From Pelomyxa schiedti (Eukaryota > Protista > Evosea), in the NCBI GenBank assembly GCA_020536535.1, contig JAHLWZ010000602.1, forward strand, positions 53,998 to 117,997: a DNA stretch of 64,000 bases. The letters run 5' to 3'. Below the pieces are notes generated by a model. The model saw only the letters and a list, made by a program, of their open reading frames with translations, made no database searches and was not told the DNA's origin. The position numbers and the translations under genes were made by a program. Below, piece by piece: positions 24,783 through 36,320 of this stretch (the stretch's first letter is position 1; each line of letters opens with the position of its first letter).

Positions 24783-25039
24783 AGAAGATTGTGTTGAAGG
24801 AAACACCCACTCCCAAGGCCTTGAAAGCCCGTGAATGAATGCCATCCAATCACTGTACCACCTTCCCGTTGTATACACATACACCCACAGAGTGTCACTC
24901 TTTGTATTAACCCTATGCTATCAATCTAAACATTATTTTTGTCCAGTCAACTTGCACCTACAAAACCAGCAAAAGAGCAAAAAAAATGGTCAGTTTCATT
25001 TTTTCGTTTCACGCCCCGGCAAAACACAAAAAAAAAAAA

Positions 25040-26396
25040 ATGCTGGTCGCCAAGTGGGTCGCGGTGGTGTGTTGTTTGTTGTGTGCTTTCGTAGATCTAG
25101 CTGTTGGACAAACGGGAGCACCTGAGGCCACGTGTAATGTGCCTCTCGTTTTGGGCACAATGACCACCGACGCACCGGCCGATTACATGCTCAGAATTGA
25201 GCTAGTGAACGCGATGTACAACTCGCCGACGGTTTATTCTTACACGCTGCAAGTAGTGAGCATGTACTGCCTAATCTAACGTCAGATTTTCTTCCTTTTT
25301 CGTTCTCTTCTTTTTCCTTTACTTTACTTTCTTTTCCTCACCAGTGTTTTCTTTTGGTTTTGTCTAACCATCAAAAGGTCTCCGTACTTCGCCTCTACAT
25401 TTTACACAGTACCGGCGCAGATCCCTTCCAATGTACTAACTGCTGTGGTTCTGGGTACCAGCAGCGTGCTTAACACTACGGGTTACAATAAGTGCCAGTT
25501 TTTGCTACAGTTTTCCATGAAAACAGGTATGGCACTAAAAAATAATTACAGCTCTGTAACGACTTATCCCAGCTTGCACATGTGATGGTGTGTTCTCAGT
25601 GTTGTTCAATATGAGCTGCAACCCAGATAGCACTTTGTACTGTTCGACTACAGAGCTGGCGTCACATAAAACTGTCACAGCAAAGATCCCTGTTTCCACT
25701 CCACAATCAAGTTCGGAGTCCAGCAGTGTGAGTTTGAGTTCAAGTATAAGCTCGAGTGAGAGCTATAGTCAGAGCTCAAGCTATAGCTCAAGTGCAAGTG
25801 AAAGCACGAGCACTAGTGAAAGTAGAAGTTCAAGCACCAGCTACAGCACAAGCAAAAGCTGGAGTGCAAGTACAAGTTTCAGCAACAGCCGAAGCATGAG
25901 TGCAAGCCTAAGCGAAAGTGACAGCACAAGCACTTCTGAAAGCCTCAGTGGCAGCCAAAGACAGTATAGTTCAAGCCTGAGCACAAGTGGCCTGCCCAGT
26001 TCTCAAAGTATTAGTCACAGCACAAGCACAAGTAAAAGCACAAGTCAAAGCACAAGCACAAGCGATAGCGATAGCGATAGTTGGAGCACAAGTGAAAGTA
26101 ACAGCTTGACTAGCACGAGCAAAAGCATAAGTGCGAGTCTCAGTACAAGCATGAGCTTTAGCCACAGTTTCAGCCCAGGGGAAAGTTCCGAAGTGGTAAA
26201 AAGCCACAGTGCCAGTGAGGAAAGTAGTAGTGATGTCAGCCTCGACACCACTACACAAGTTATCATCATAGTGGTTGTTGTGGTGGTGGTGGTGCCTCCT
26301 TTGGTAGTTCTCCTTGGCTTTGTGATACACCTTGCCATTTCCACAGCACGAGGGAACCCCCCCTCGCACTGGAAGGTGGTGCCACTTCATGAATGA
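25040..26396 (+). CDS. Type I surface protein: signal peptide, small Cys-containing domain, Ser-X dipeptide stalk, TM helix
   Basis: Signal peptide MLVAKWVAVVCCLLCAFVDLAVG, about 170 aa of SxSxS repeats, and TM VIIIVVVVVVVVPPLVVLLGFVI. Confidence 0.75.
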
Positions 26397-26561
26397 AAGA
26401 GTACCACTGGAAGCTTAGTCAGCTTCACATGGCTCAATGCAAAACCAGCCGTCACTCACTGGCAACCACCATCACATTTTTGACACTATACAACACCGTT
26501 GTAACATTATGCACAAGGTGACAAACACGAAAAGCAAGGGCTCTTCAGGTGATAAAATTGT

Positions 26562-26721
26562 TATTGGACGTTTCAGTCAAAAACCCGCCACACAAACAAA
26601 AAACGAGAACTCATCAAAATCAAACGAAATGCACTGGGTGCGCCCAGTGGAGAAACTTGTTTTTTGTTGGTTGTTTTTATTTTTCATTCATTATGCCGTT
26701 TTTTGACTGAAACGTCCAATA
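26562..26721. mobile_element. MITE-like inverted-repeat element (160 bp)
   Basis: Perfect 22-bp inverted repeats TATTGGACGTTTCAGTCAAAAA (26562-26583) and TTTTTGACTGAAACGTCCAATA (26700-26721). There is an internal hairpin CACTGGG-TGCG-CCCAGTG. The element is non-coding and intergenic. Confidence 0.6.
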
Positions 26722-26813
26722 CCATAGACATTTCCCCAAGACACAACAGTGAGAAGTTTCATCACCGGCGATTGTTTTCAGCTAAAAAAGTCGGACGAAG
26801 ACAAGGAACGCAA

Positions 26814-27155
26814 CCGTAGAGTGGTGGTTTTAAATTGTCGACGATGCCGGTGGTGTGTCCGCGTAGTTGTGGGAGGAGGACGGAGCAAGTTGGGACCTAC
26901 GTTTTCTTTGGGGCCGTGTTTGGTGTCCCATGCCNNNNNNNNNNNNNNNNNNNNNNNNNNNNNNNNNNNNNNNNNNNNNNNNNNNNNNNNNNNNNNNNNN
27001 NNNNNNNNNNNNNNNNNNNNNNNNNNNNNNNNNNCCGTAGAGTGGTGGTTTTAAATTGTCGACGATGCCGGTGGTGTGTCCGCGTAGTTGTGGGAGGAGG
27101 ACGGAGCAAGTTGGGACCTACGTTTTCTTTGGGGCCGTGTTTGGTGTCCCATGCC
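26814..27155. other. Scaffold gap (100 N) flanked by an identical 121-nt duplication
   Basis: 26814-26934 is identical to 27035-27155. Confidence 0.9.
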
Positions 27156-28089
27156 TGATTGTGCTGGCAGTGATAATACCTCTTACTGAAAATCCGACCG
27201 ATTATTTCGTGCCTGGAATCGCCACAGTGACCAATGACTCCCAGGGTTATTATTTTCTGTTTTTTAAAGATTTTTTTCTTTTTTTTTAAAAATTCCAAGT
27301 TTTGGCTATGTTAAGTTAATTGTAATTGTTTTTTTTTTAATTGGTATTGATTTAAATATATGAAGTTGTTAGGTATACTTCGGGAGGAGTGGACTACTAC
27401 CGCCCGGAGTGGTCTGTTAACATTGTGGATGAGTCTGATAACAAAAATTACACGAAGAAGGCTGCTACGCACACAACCTCGTAGGCCCCCCCCCCTCTTC
27501 CATGATTGTATCCCCTTATCTCTTGTAAGATTACAAGGAGCAACATGTACAATTGAAGAAGCAACTGGTTTGATTCACTCCAACCCACCATATTTGTTCA
27601 CATGTCTTAACAGAATTCCTGCAAAAGTACCTTCCCGGGCAGAAGTACACCGTAATGTTTGCCCCTTGTATGTAAGTTTCCATCCAGTTGTACTTTTTTT
27701 TTTTTGAACTCCATGTTACCTCATTTATTAATATGTCACCTAGCAAAAATTGTTAATTATCCTTACCTGGGTCAACTTTCCAAACCGTCTTCATTGGCAT
27801 TCTTTTACTATGATCCCTCCTACTTTGATCAAGAGCACCACACGACCCTCGTTGAATTGGGGGTACTGGGGGCCATTCTCGGGGCTGCAGCTCTTGGGGT
27901 CACAATTGCCGGCCTGGTCCACCTATTTGTTCTGCGTCCGCAAATGCACAGTATGTATTTCTTCTCCCACTGTCATACCTTGTAGGATAGAATCTCACAC
28001 TTCTTCCAGAACTCAAGAAAATAGTGCGGAAAGCTAGGAACTCTGCCCACACCAACGCTGTTATAGAACCCTCTGAAGACTTCTCTTAA
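27065..28089 (+). CDS. Two-TM membrane protein with an extracellular loop
   Basis: N-terminal TM (YVFFGAVFGVPCLIVLAVIIPL) and C-terminal TM (LGVLGAILGAAALGVTIAGLVHLFVL), split over several short exons. Confidence 0.55.
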
Positions 28090-28754
28090 TGCCTTTGCCG
28101 AACAAACCCCTTTTTTGTTTTTATCAAAAAGATACTTCCGCCAACCCAAACAAATCCAAGATGTTGATTCCCGCGTACACTTTTATAGGTGGTTGATTCT
28201 GGGAGGGGCAGCTTGCCTCAATTGGGGTGGGGGGTAAAAAACATCCGTTACGAAAAGGTGCATTATCACACAAGCACCACGGTCAACGGTCCATTTAAGG
28301 AAAGTAGCTTAAACTTCCGCAATCTCGGCGTACCAAGTAAACGAAAAGCAAGGAACTGACGGAATTAAATAGGAGAAAAAAAGCTGTGCTAAGAAAAATG
28401 GGCCCAGCCGTCAAACAAACAAAAGCGCAAATATCAAAACAGACAAAAAAAAAATACAATAACAAAGACCAGGGCCAAGGACTTGGTCGTTGTGGTTGTG
28501 CGGAAAGACGTTAATCTACGCACACACAGAGAAACACACGGCTATTAAGCATGATGTTGGTGGGGGTGGTGTTGAGGGTTGTTGGAGCTGTGGCGTCAAT
28601 GCCATCACCCGCCATCTTGCGTCATATGAACGGGAAAAATGGACCGTTTGGGAACGCAGACGAAAGGTTATCGACGGGATTTTTTTTCCCTCCTGAAATT
28701 GTTTTATCCTCTTTTACAAGTATTTGGGGTGGCTAAGTCCTCATAGTGAACATA

Positions 28755-30117
28755 TCACCAGCCAGTGAATACAGCAAGGCAAGTTAGGGCTCCTGCCTCA
28801 GAGAGCTCTCTATTTATTGGATTTTGAATTGAATTACGGCACCAGCACTCAAATACAATCATGCCAGCCAATGCATCCAACACGGTTTTGTAGGATGACA
28901 CTGTGACGGCAATCCTTCCAATGTTGTACCCTGCTTGTGCTTCAGAGTCATTGGTCAGGCATCGTGCTGATACATGATTCAGGCACACCCCCACACGGCC
29001 TGTAATACTCGTAGCAGACTGAATCATGGCCTTTGTTATTGATTCTTCACAAGTGCTGTGTAGTATACGGACAACGATCGGCGGACCTTTTGTTATCAGT
29101 TACAATTACTTCAAAACATAAGAGGATCTACCATAACTGGGCGCAACATTAGAGTGCATCCTTGCTTGTATCTGCGGGGTGGTAATACATTGCTGTGGCT
29201 CTGGAGTTATGTTGCATTCATGTGGCGTACAGGCTCTTTTCCGGGGCGATTCAGCCATGCCTATTTGTAACATAGATTGGAAGCTATGGTTGTCATATTT
29301 CTCAGCTGCTTCAACCATTGAAGGGGATGAAGATGAAGATGATATCAAGAATGATGGGGATGTGTGAGAGGGTGGGGAATGTGTGGGTGACTGGGAAGGG
29401 TGGACAAAAATACAAGAAGGGGTTTGTTCATCACTGGAATTTTTCCGTGGCGGCCTCAAGTTGGGAGTACTTTTACACGAATGATTGTCTACTGGCCTTC
29501 TCAGCCTGTAAGAGGATTCTAGGCTTTGAAGTGCACTACCGTTGAACCCAACAGCGGGTTTCTTGTGATAATCGCGGGCTACAAGGCGGAACTTCTTTGT
29601 TGAAGCAATGCTTCCTCCACCAAAGTCTATCAGCAATACTAGTTCACTGGTATTGATATGGGTTCTATTGATTTTTAGTATGTTTCACGCTTGTTGTGTG
29701 GGCAAACTTTGGAGAAGAGCAAAACTGCTTTATTGTGAACTGAAATACTTCCGTTTCTCCGGACGCAGAAGTTACAGGTATGTGCTCTTTTATTAACACG
29801 CGTAACAGTTTACCACCAGGACCTTTGCACAATCCACAAAGTGCTTCTACGCAATGTAAGCCGGAAGTTTTACGTTTACCACGCATACCTTTTTGGGTGT
29901 AGAAGTCACAGCACTTGGCGGATATTACAACTCCAAATATGTCTTGTATACTCATCCTCTTCTCAATTCGCCACCTCTTGTTCACTTCCACACTAAGCTG
30001 TGCAAAATATTATTCATTTGACTACACCAGGTGTTTAATTCCTACATCAGGATAACTCCGAGGCCAAATATCAAATCGCGATAGTCGTACAATGACGTCG
30101 TCACACAGCGTTTCCAT
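28755..30117 (-). CDS. Hypothetical protein with a Cys/His-containing beta-rich N-domain, Ser/Pro linker and C-terminal domain
   Basis: ORFs 29665-29991, 29106-29636 and 28755-29027 can be joined by GT-AG introns. Motif CGLC...FCSSPKTH...LVLLIDF...FRLVAR. Confidence 0.5.
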
Positions 30118-30540
30118 TTTTTACTGACTCTTTGCTTGCCGTGAGGTGTTTTTTTTTTTTAGTTGTTTTTGGTGGTGTGCCCACACAGACAACGGTTTCT
30201 CTGGAATAAAATTCGTCAACACAGACTTTTATCCGCATACGCTTTTAGGGTAATGCCCAAAAGCAGCGAGCACCAAAGACTCTCCAAAGCCCCTCGGCAA
30301 GCAACGAAAACCCAGTTAGCTCGTTACTCTCAATAACGCAGTTCTGCTATTGCCCAGTTCAAAAGTGTTTCTGTTGCACAAAATCAAAAGATAACAATTG
30401 AACGTTCATGTTTCTTACGGAAATGAAAATCCGATAGCAATGAGCTCTGTAAAGTTCAGTGCTATCTTACCTCCTTTCCCACAATGATGAGCGACAGTCC
30501 AAAGTCGGTGCCTACAAAGCCGAGGGGGCACAGAAGGAGA

Positions 30541-30608
30541 GGTCGAGGATGAAATTATTGGACAATTTGCGAATGACCCCATGTGATTCCAATTTTACTT
30601 ACTGAGCC
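30541..30608 (+). ncRNA. Box C/D snoRNA, U16/snR87-like (SSU rRNA 2'-O-methyladenosine guide)
   Basis: C box AGGATGA (30546-52), guide TTGGACAATTTGCG (30558-71), D' box ATGA (30573-76), D box CTGA (30602-05) and a short terminal stem GGT/GCC. The guide is complementary to the conserved SSU segment CGCAAAUU..CCAA. Confidence 0.65.
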
Positions 30609-30732
30609 GGACTTTTTTTTAATCAGCTCTCAGCCTCAGCTTAGTGAACAGATCCAGAGTTGCCATGATTCCAAACCCAAAAAGAAATTCGATCATTCTT
30701 TTTTTAATTTCCTTCGAAGACCCTCGTTCACC

Positions 30733-33700
30733 ATGCAGAGCGGTACCACAAACAAACGCAACAGCACAAACTAAAACAACACAGTGCCTGATAAGATCAA
30801 TTTTGCCAAGGAGGAGCAGAAGACACAGGAGTTCTGGGATCGCGTTGACGTGTTCAATCAGTGCCTCAAGCGCAACGAGGGGCTCCCTCAGTACTCGTTT
30901 TACGACGGCCCTCCTTTCGCCACTGGCACGCCCCATTATGGTCACATTTTGGCCGGTACCATCAAGGTTGTTATGGGACGTTGAGTGGATGGTTTTTGTG
31001 TTTTTTTATGTTTTTTTATTATTATTATTGTTTATTATTATTATAATGAGGGAGTATTGACTCACACTAAATAACCAGGATACTGTTACAAGGTACGCTC
31101 ATCAAACTGGGCATCATGTTATAAGAAGGTTTGGGTGGGATACTCATGGCCTTCCTATCGAGTTTGAGATAGACAAGCTGCTTGGTATTAAGGTATCCGG
31201 TCTCCCTGGTTCCGCCTTTCCCTTCTAAACTCTTGCTAGTGTACTGATGAAGTGCTCAAGTTCGGAATCCCTAAATACAATGCCGAATGCAGAGCCATTG
31301 TCATGAGGTACCAGTTTCCCCTCATTTGCACACACTGAAAAAACCACTCAAAGATACTCTGAGGAATGGAAAGTTGTTGTGAAGCGAATGGGCCGCTGGA
31401 TTGATATGGATCATCCATATAAAACGATGGATCTTTCATTTATGGAAAGTGTATGGTGGGTTTTTTGGAGACTTTGGAAACTTGGTCTTGTCTACCGCGG
31501 ATTTAAAGTGATGCCATTTTCTACAGCATGTGCAACTCCTTTGTCCAACTTTGAGGCCAATATGCAATACAGAGATGTTTCTGACCCTGCAAGTATTCTT
31601 TCCCTAAATAGGATTTCTTTTTGTAAAAAAAATAAAATGTAAAAAAAAAAGTTTACCTCACGATGCCACTGGAATCTGAACCCGAGGTTTCTCTACTTGT
31701 GTGGACAACCACACCTTGGACTTTGCCCAGCAACCTTGGTGTTTGTGTAAATGCCTCGTTTGACTATGTCAAAATCAAGGGTATCTTTTCCTATTTTCAC
31801 TGTGTCAAGTTGATCGCAATGAAGATGAAGAAAGTGGCCAGTTTTACATCGTTGGAGAGCCTCTTCTTCCAAGTCTTCCTTATAAGGCAAGAATGACTGT
31901 CATTGAGAAGTTCAAGGGCTCTACATTAGTTGGCAAATTCTACATTCCACTTTTTGACTATTTCAAATCTGTGAGTCTATTTATTCTCCCATCACGCTCT
32001 TCTAAGATAAATTGTGCAGGAACGTGCCTCTCACAATGCCTTCCGCATTGTTGCAGATCCTTATGTTACAAATGATAGTGGAACTGGTCTTGTCCATATG
32101 GCTCCTGCTTTTGGTGAGGACGATTTCAGAGTGTGCTTGGACAATGGGATCATTTCCAAAGGAGAAACATTAGTGTGCCCAGTGGATAACAATGGAAGAT
32201 TTACTGCAGAAGTAACGGAATTTGCTGGGGTTTATGTGAAAGTAAGTACTGTGAACCTGACCAGGCTTCTTACCTGCAATAAGGATGCAGACAAAGATAT
32301 CATGCATCTGTTGAAGCAGAAAGGACGTGTCTTTTTCCAAGGAACTAAAGTTCACAGTTATCCTTTCTGTTGGCGATCAGATACTCCATTAATTTACAAG
32401 GCCGTTCCTAGCTGGTTTGTGGCTGTAGAAAAGATTAAAGAAAACCTGTTGCTTAACAACAAGAAGACTTATTGGTATTTGTGCTTTCTTTTGGCTCTCA
32501 TAAATTCAACCTTCCCGTTCTATTTTAAAACTCAAAAAGGGTTCCCGAATTTGTCCAAGAGAAGAGATTCCATAATTGGCTCGAATCCGCTCATGACTGG
32601 GCTGTCAGCAGAAATCGCTTTTGGGGTACACCTCTGCCTATCTGGATCAGTGATGACGGACAAGAAGCAAGCCAGTAAATTTACTGTTGACATTGTTTAA
32701 TCCCCATGCAGGTTAGGGTAATCGGTTCAGTAGAAAAACTAAACAGGCTCTCTGGACTTCATATTACTGACTTGCACCGGGAAAAGTACCCGATAATTTT
32801 TTTTTTGCAACGTTAATGCCATTACAGTGTGGATGACGTAAAAATCCCCTCTAAAAAGAACCCAGGAACATTCTTGCACCGTGTTCCAGAAGTATTTGAT
32901 TGCTGGTTCGAAAGTGGCAGGTAGGACACTAACTTTTACTTTTATCTGCTTAGTACTTCAGTATGCCATATGGACAAATGCACTACCCCTTCGAGAATAA
33001 GGAGTTGTTTGAAGCAAGTTTCCCTGCAGACTTCATTGCTGAGGGAATTGATCAAGTAAGCCCTGCGTTCCAAAAGTGAAATATTAATTAGGGACAGACA
33101 AGAGGCTGGTTCTACACTCTGCTGGTATTATCCACTGCTCTTTTCAACAAACCGCCTTTCAAGAACCTCATTGTTAATGGACTCGTTCTTGCCAGGTTTC
33201 GTGAAATTACCTCCATTTTTGGCTCAAATCTAGAAAGTGATGGCAAAAAAATGAGTAAACGCCTGAAGAATTACCCGGATCCAGTTCTTATAGCTGATAG
33301 ATATGGTGCAGATGCATTACGGTAACCTTTGTTTCACTTTTGCCTGATTTAATCTTCTAAGTTTGTACTTGATTAATTCCCCCGTTGTACGGGGTGATTC
33401 TCTGAAATTCCAAGAAAAAGGGGTCAGGGAATTGTTGGCCCAAGTTTTCTTACCCTGGTTCAATGCTTATCGATTCCTTGCCCAAAATTCCACTAATTAC
33501 CAAAAGGTTTTTCCTTTATTTTTTCTTTCCTTCTTAAGCAGCAAGCAGATGTTTTCCGAGTCGTTTTCTCCCGATCTAGAAAGAGTACTTGCCTCTGGTA
33601 ACATCATGGACAAATGGATTCTATCAGAAACACAATCTTTGATAAAATTTGTGAGAGTAGAGATGGAACGTATGCTGTCTCCTCTGCTTGAGCTGGACAT

Positions 33701-35337
33701 CTAAAATAATTGGAAACCCTAGATTACCGGTTGTACACAGTTGTACCCAAATTTGTGGATTTCATCTCTACCCTTACCAATTGGTATGTGAGACTTAATA
33801 GGCAGCGCATCAAGGTAACTACTAGACCACTGAGTTCCCGTACTAACTTCTGGTAGGGGGTATTTGGTAAGGAAGATGCTATACTTTCCATGTCGACACT
33901 TTTCCATGTTTTGGTGACACTTTGCCGAGCTGGGGTTTATTTCTTCCAACACCAGTTGCTTTTGTTTTACACTTGTAGGCACCATTTACACCCTTCTTTG
34001 TGGAATATCTTTATCAGGGACTATGTTACTATATCCCAGCCTCAGAAAGACAAGACTGTTTGTTTCCATTTTTGTTTGTTTGTTCGTTCTTACTTTTTAC
34101 AGCTGTCCATTACTGCTCATTCCCAGAGCCTTTAGAGCGTGCCATTAACCCTGTTATTGAAGGGAAACTGGCCTCAATGATGAACGTGATTAGTCTATGC
34201 CGTATAATAAGGGATAAACGCAACTGCCCTGTGAAGTACCCACTTCAGAGTCTGTCAGTGGTTACCCACAACAAGCAGTTCCTCAATGCCTTGAGTGAAT
34301 TAGAGCCTTACATACAATCTGAGCTCAACATCAAGGAACTCGTACTCACTTCGGATGAGGGAAAATTTGTTCACGTACGAGTTGAGGCAGATAGAGCGAA
34401 GCTTGGGAAACGACTAAGAAAAGACATGGCTAAGGTCCTAGTAGGTCTTGCTGCTCTCAGTACTGAGAGTGTCAGAGAATTCCAGGCCACTGGTTCTATA
34501 GTTATCGAGGGACACAAACTTACCCTTGACGATGTTCAGGTTGGCTTTTAATTCAAATATTACATTTCATTGATAACAACTAGATCTTCCGAGAGTTTAA
34601 GGGTGACACAAAAAAACAAGAGGCAGTTTGGGAGAAAGATGTGCTCCTTGTTCTCAACTTGGAAGTAGATGAATCCATGAAGGCAAAAGGGCTTGCTCGC
34701 GAAGTTACGAACAAAATACAGAAGCTCCGAAAGCGCGTATGTTACGGAACTGCAGAAACCCGAATTCTAACCATTATATTTTACAGTCTGGTGTTGACCC
34801 ACTTGACCCTGTTGACTTGTTTTATGCGGTTTCCCCTGCTGACAGCTGCGTTGCAAACGCTATCTCCAGTGAAATTCAGTTTATCTCTAACAGTAGAATT
34901 GCCATTCCCATTTGTTCATAGTAACCCCCACTAGCTCTTGGTTTTACTCCTCTTCCATTGGAACACAAACCACAATTCTGTCTGGTGATCGGACAAGAAA
35001 CATCCGATGTATACTTCCCTCCGCTCTACTTCTTCTTCCACACCAAAAATTCGCCCCACCACCCACAAACACCCAACAAATTCTAACACATCAACAAACA
35101 AAACAGCTAAAAGGAGAAAACGCAAAGTTGCAGCTTGTTTTGACCTGCCGTCAGTTTGGTCTATCCAAAACAGTTCCAGAGGATGTTGCCATGTGGGTGG
35201 CTTCACGTAATTACTACCAGCTCCGTAACACCCTCAACACCCACGGGTCCTGCTCAATACGCATTGGTGACAACACAAACACCCTCACATTGGGTCAGAA
35301 CATATTCCCCACTGTTAAGGACGCTGTAGGTCACTAA
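30733..35337 (+). CDS. IARS1: Isoleucyl-tRNA synthetase, cytosolic type
   Basis: [103 protein letters not shown]; many introns. Confidence 0.98.
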
Positions 35338-35423
35338 CGTGGGGGGAAAAAATAGCTCCCTCTTCATTCCATTCCGTTCCGTTCTATCTTTCTATTGTTT
35401 AGAAGAAAAAATAAGAAGCCGAA

Positions 35424-35927
35424 ATGACGGATGACTTGCGGACGATGGCATTAGAACTTGAGAGTTTCATGCGGAGTATGTTGTCACTCATCACACGGGA
35501 GCTTCTCATGATGACTTTGTTTTGTGTTGGCGGTTTTTTTTTTTTTTGTTTTGTATTTGTAGTTGTAGTTGTTTGAGGAATTGTTGTTGGTTCCTTACGA
35601 GTTCTGTTGTGACAGTGGGGTGTAGATTTGGACAGCCAGTCACTTGGTGCGTTTTTGGAGGCTGCTAAAAGATTGGAGACTTTCTTGCAAGTTAAACAAC
35701 GCGGTGGTCAAGACACTATGCGTCTTTATGTTAATGATGTATGATACCGACTTGGAGAGTTTATCATATATCTCAATGTTAATATCCTGTTATTCACGTG
35801 AATTAACAAACATTTTCCATTCTGATAGGAAATTGAGTATCTCACAAGACAGGTGAACTCTAGGAAGGCCCTTATATCTAAATACGAGAACCAAGTGCAT
35901 GAATGGCAGACTCAAATCAAGTATTAA
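35424..35927 (+). CDS. Mediator subunit 28-like small coiled-coil protein
   Basis: The three-exon product ...SLGAFLEAAKRLETFLQ...EIEYLTRQVNSRKALISKYENQVHEWQ resembles Med28. Confidence 0.55.
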
Positions 35928-36320
35928 TGCAGATATATGAAGGAGTTCTAATCTCATCAAATAGCAAATCAGTGGAGGAAATTAATTCCCTACTTCGTGC
36001 ACCACACACAGGGGAATAGAATTCTAGTATCTTGACCAAATCCACAGGAAACCAAAGCCCAAATTACACATAGCACTATGGGTTTTCCTTGCCGCCAAAG
36101 TGTGCACCTCGCAACCAAATTCTTCCCTGATAGTGTAACCTAATATTTTTGTTCACCCACTGAGGGTCTCAATAACACTCGCAACAAGTCCATTTCTTTC
36201 AAGACCTTCTCGGAGTCTGTCTCTTTTTTGACCTTTGAAAAGCCGCAGAAAAACCGAAAATTGAAATCAAAAGAAGGGGAAAAGAATAATTTAAAAGCCA
36301 AACGAAAACAAAAAAAAAAG

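Noticed and set aside
26814-27155. Apparent tandem duplication of a gene start
   Set aside because: The exact 121-nt copies flank a 100-N gap, the same length as at the second gap, so this is an unmerged contig overlap.
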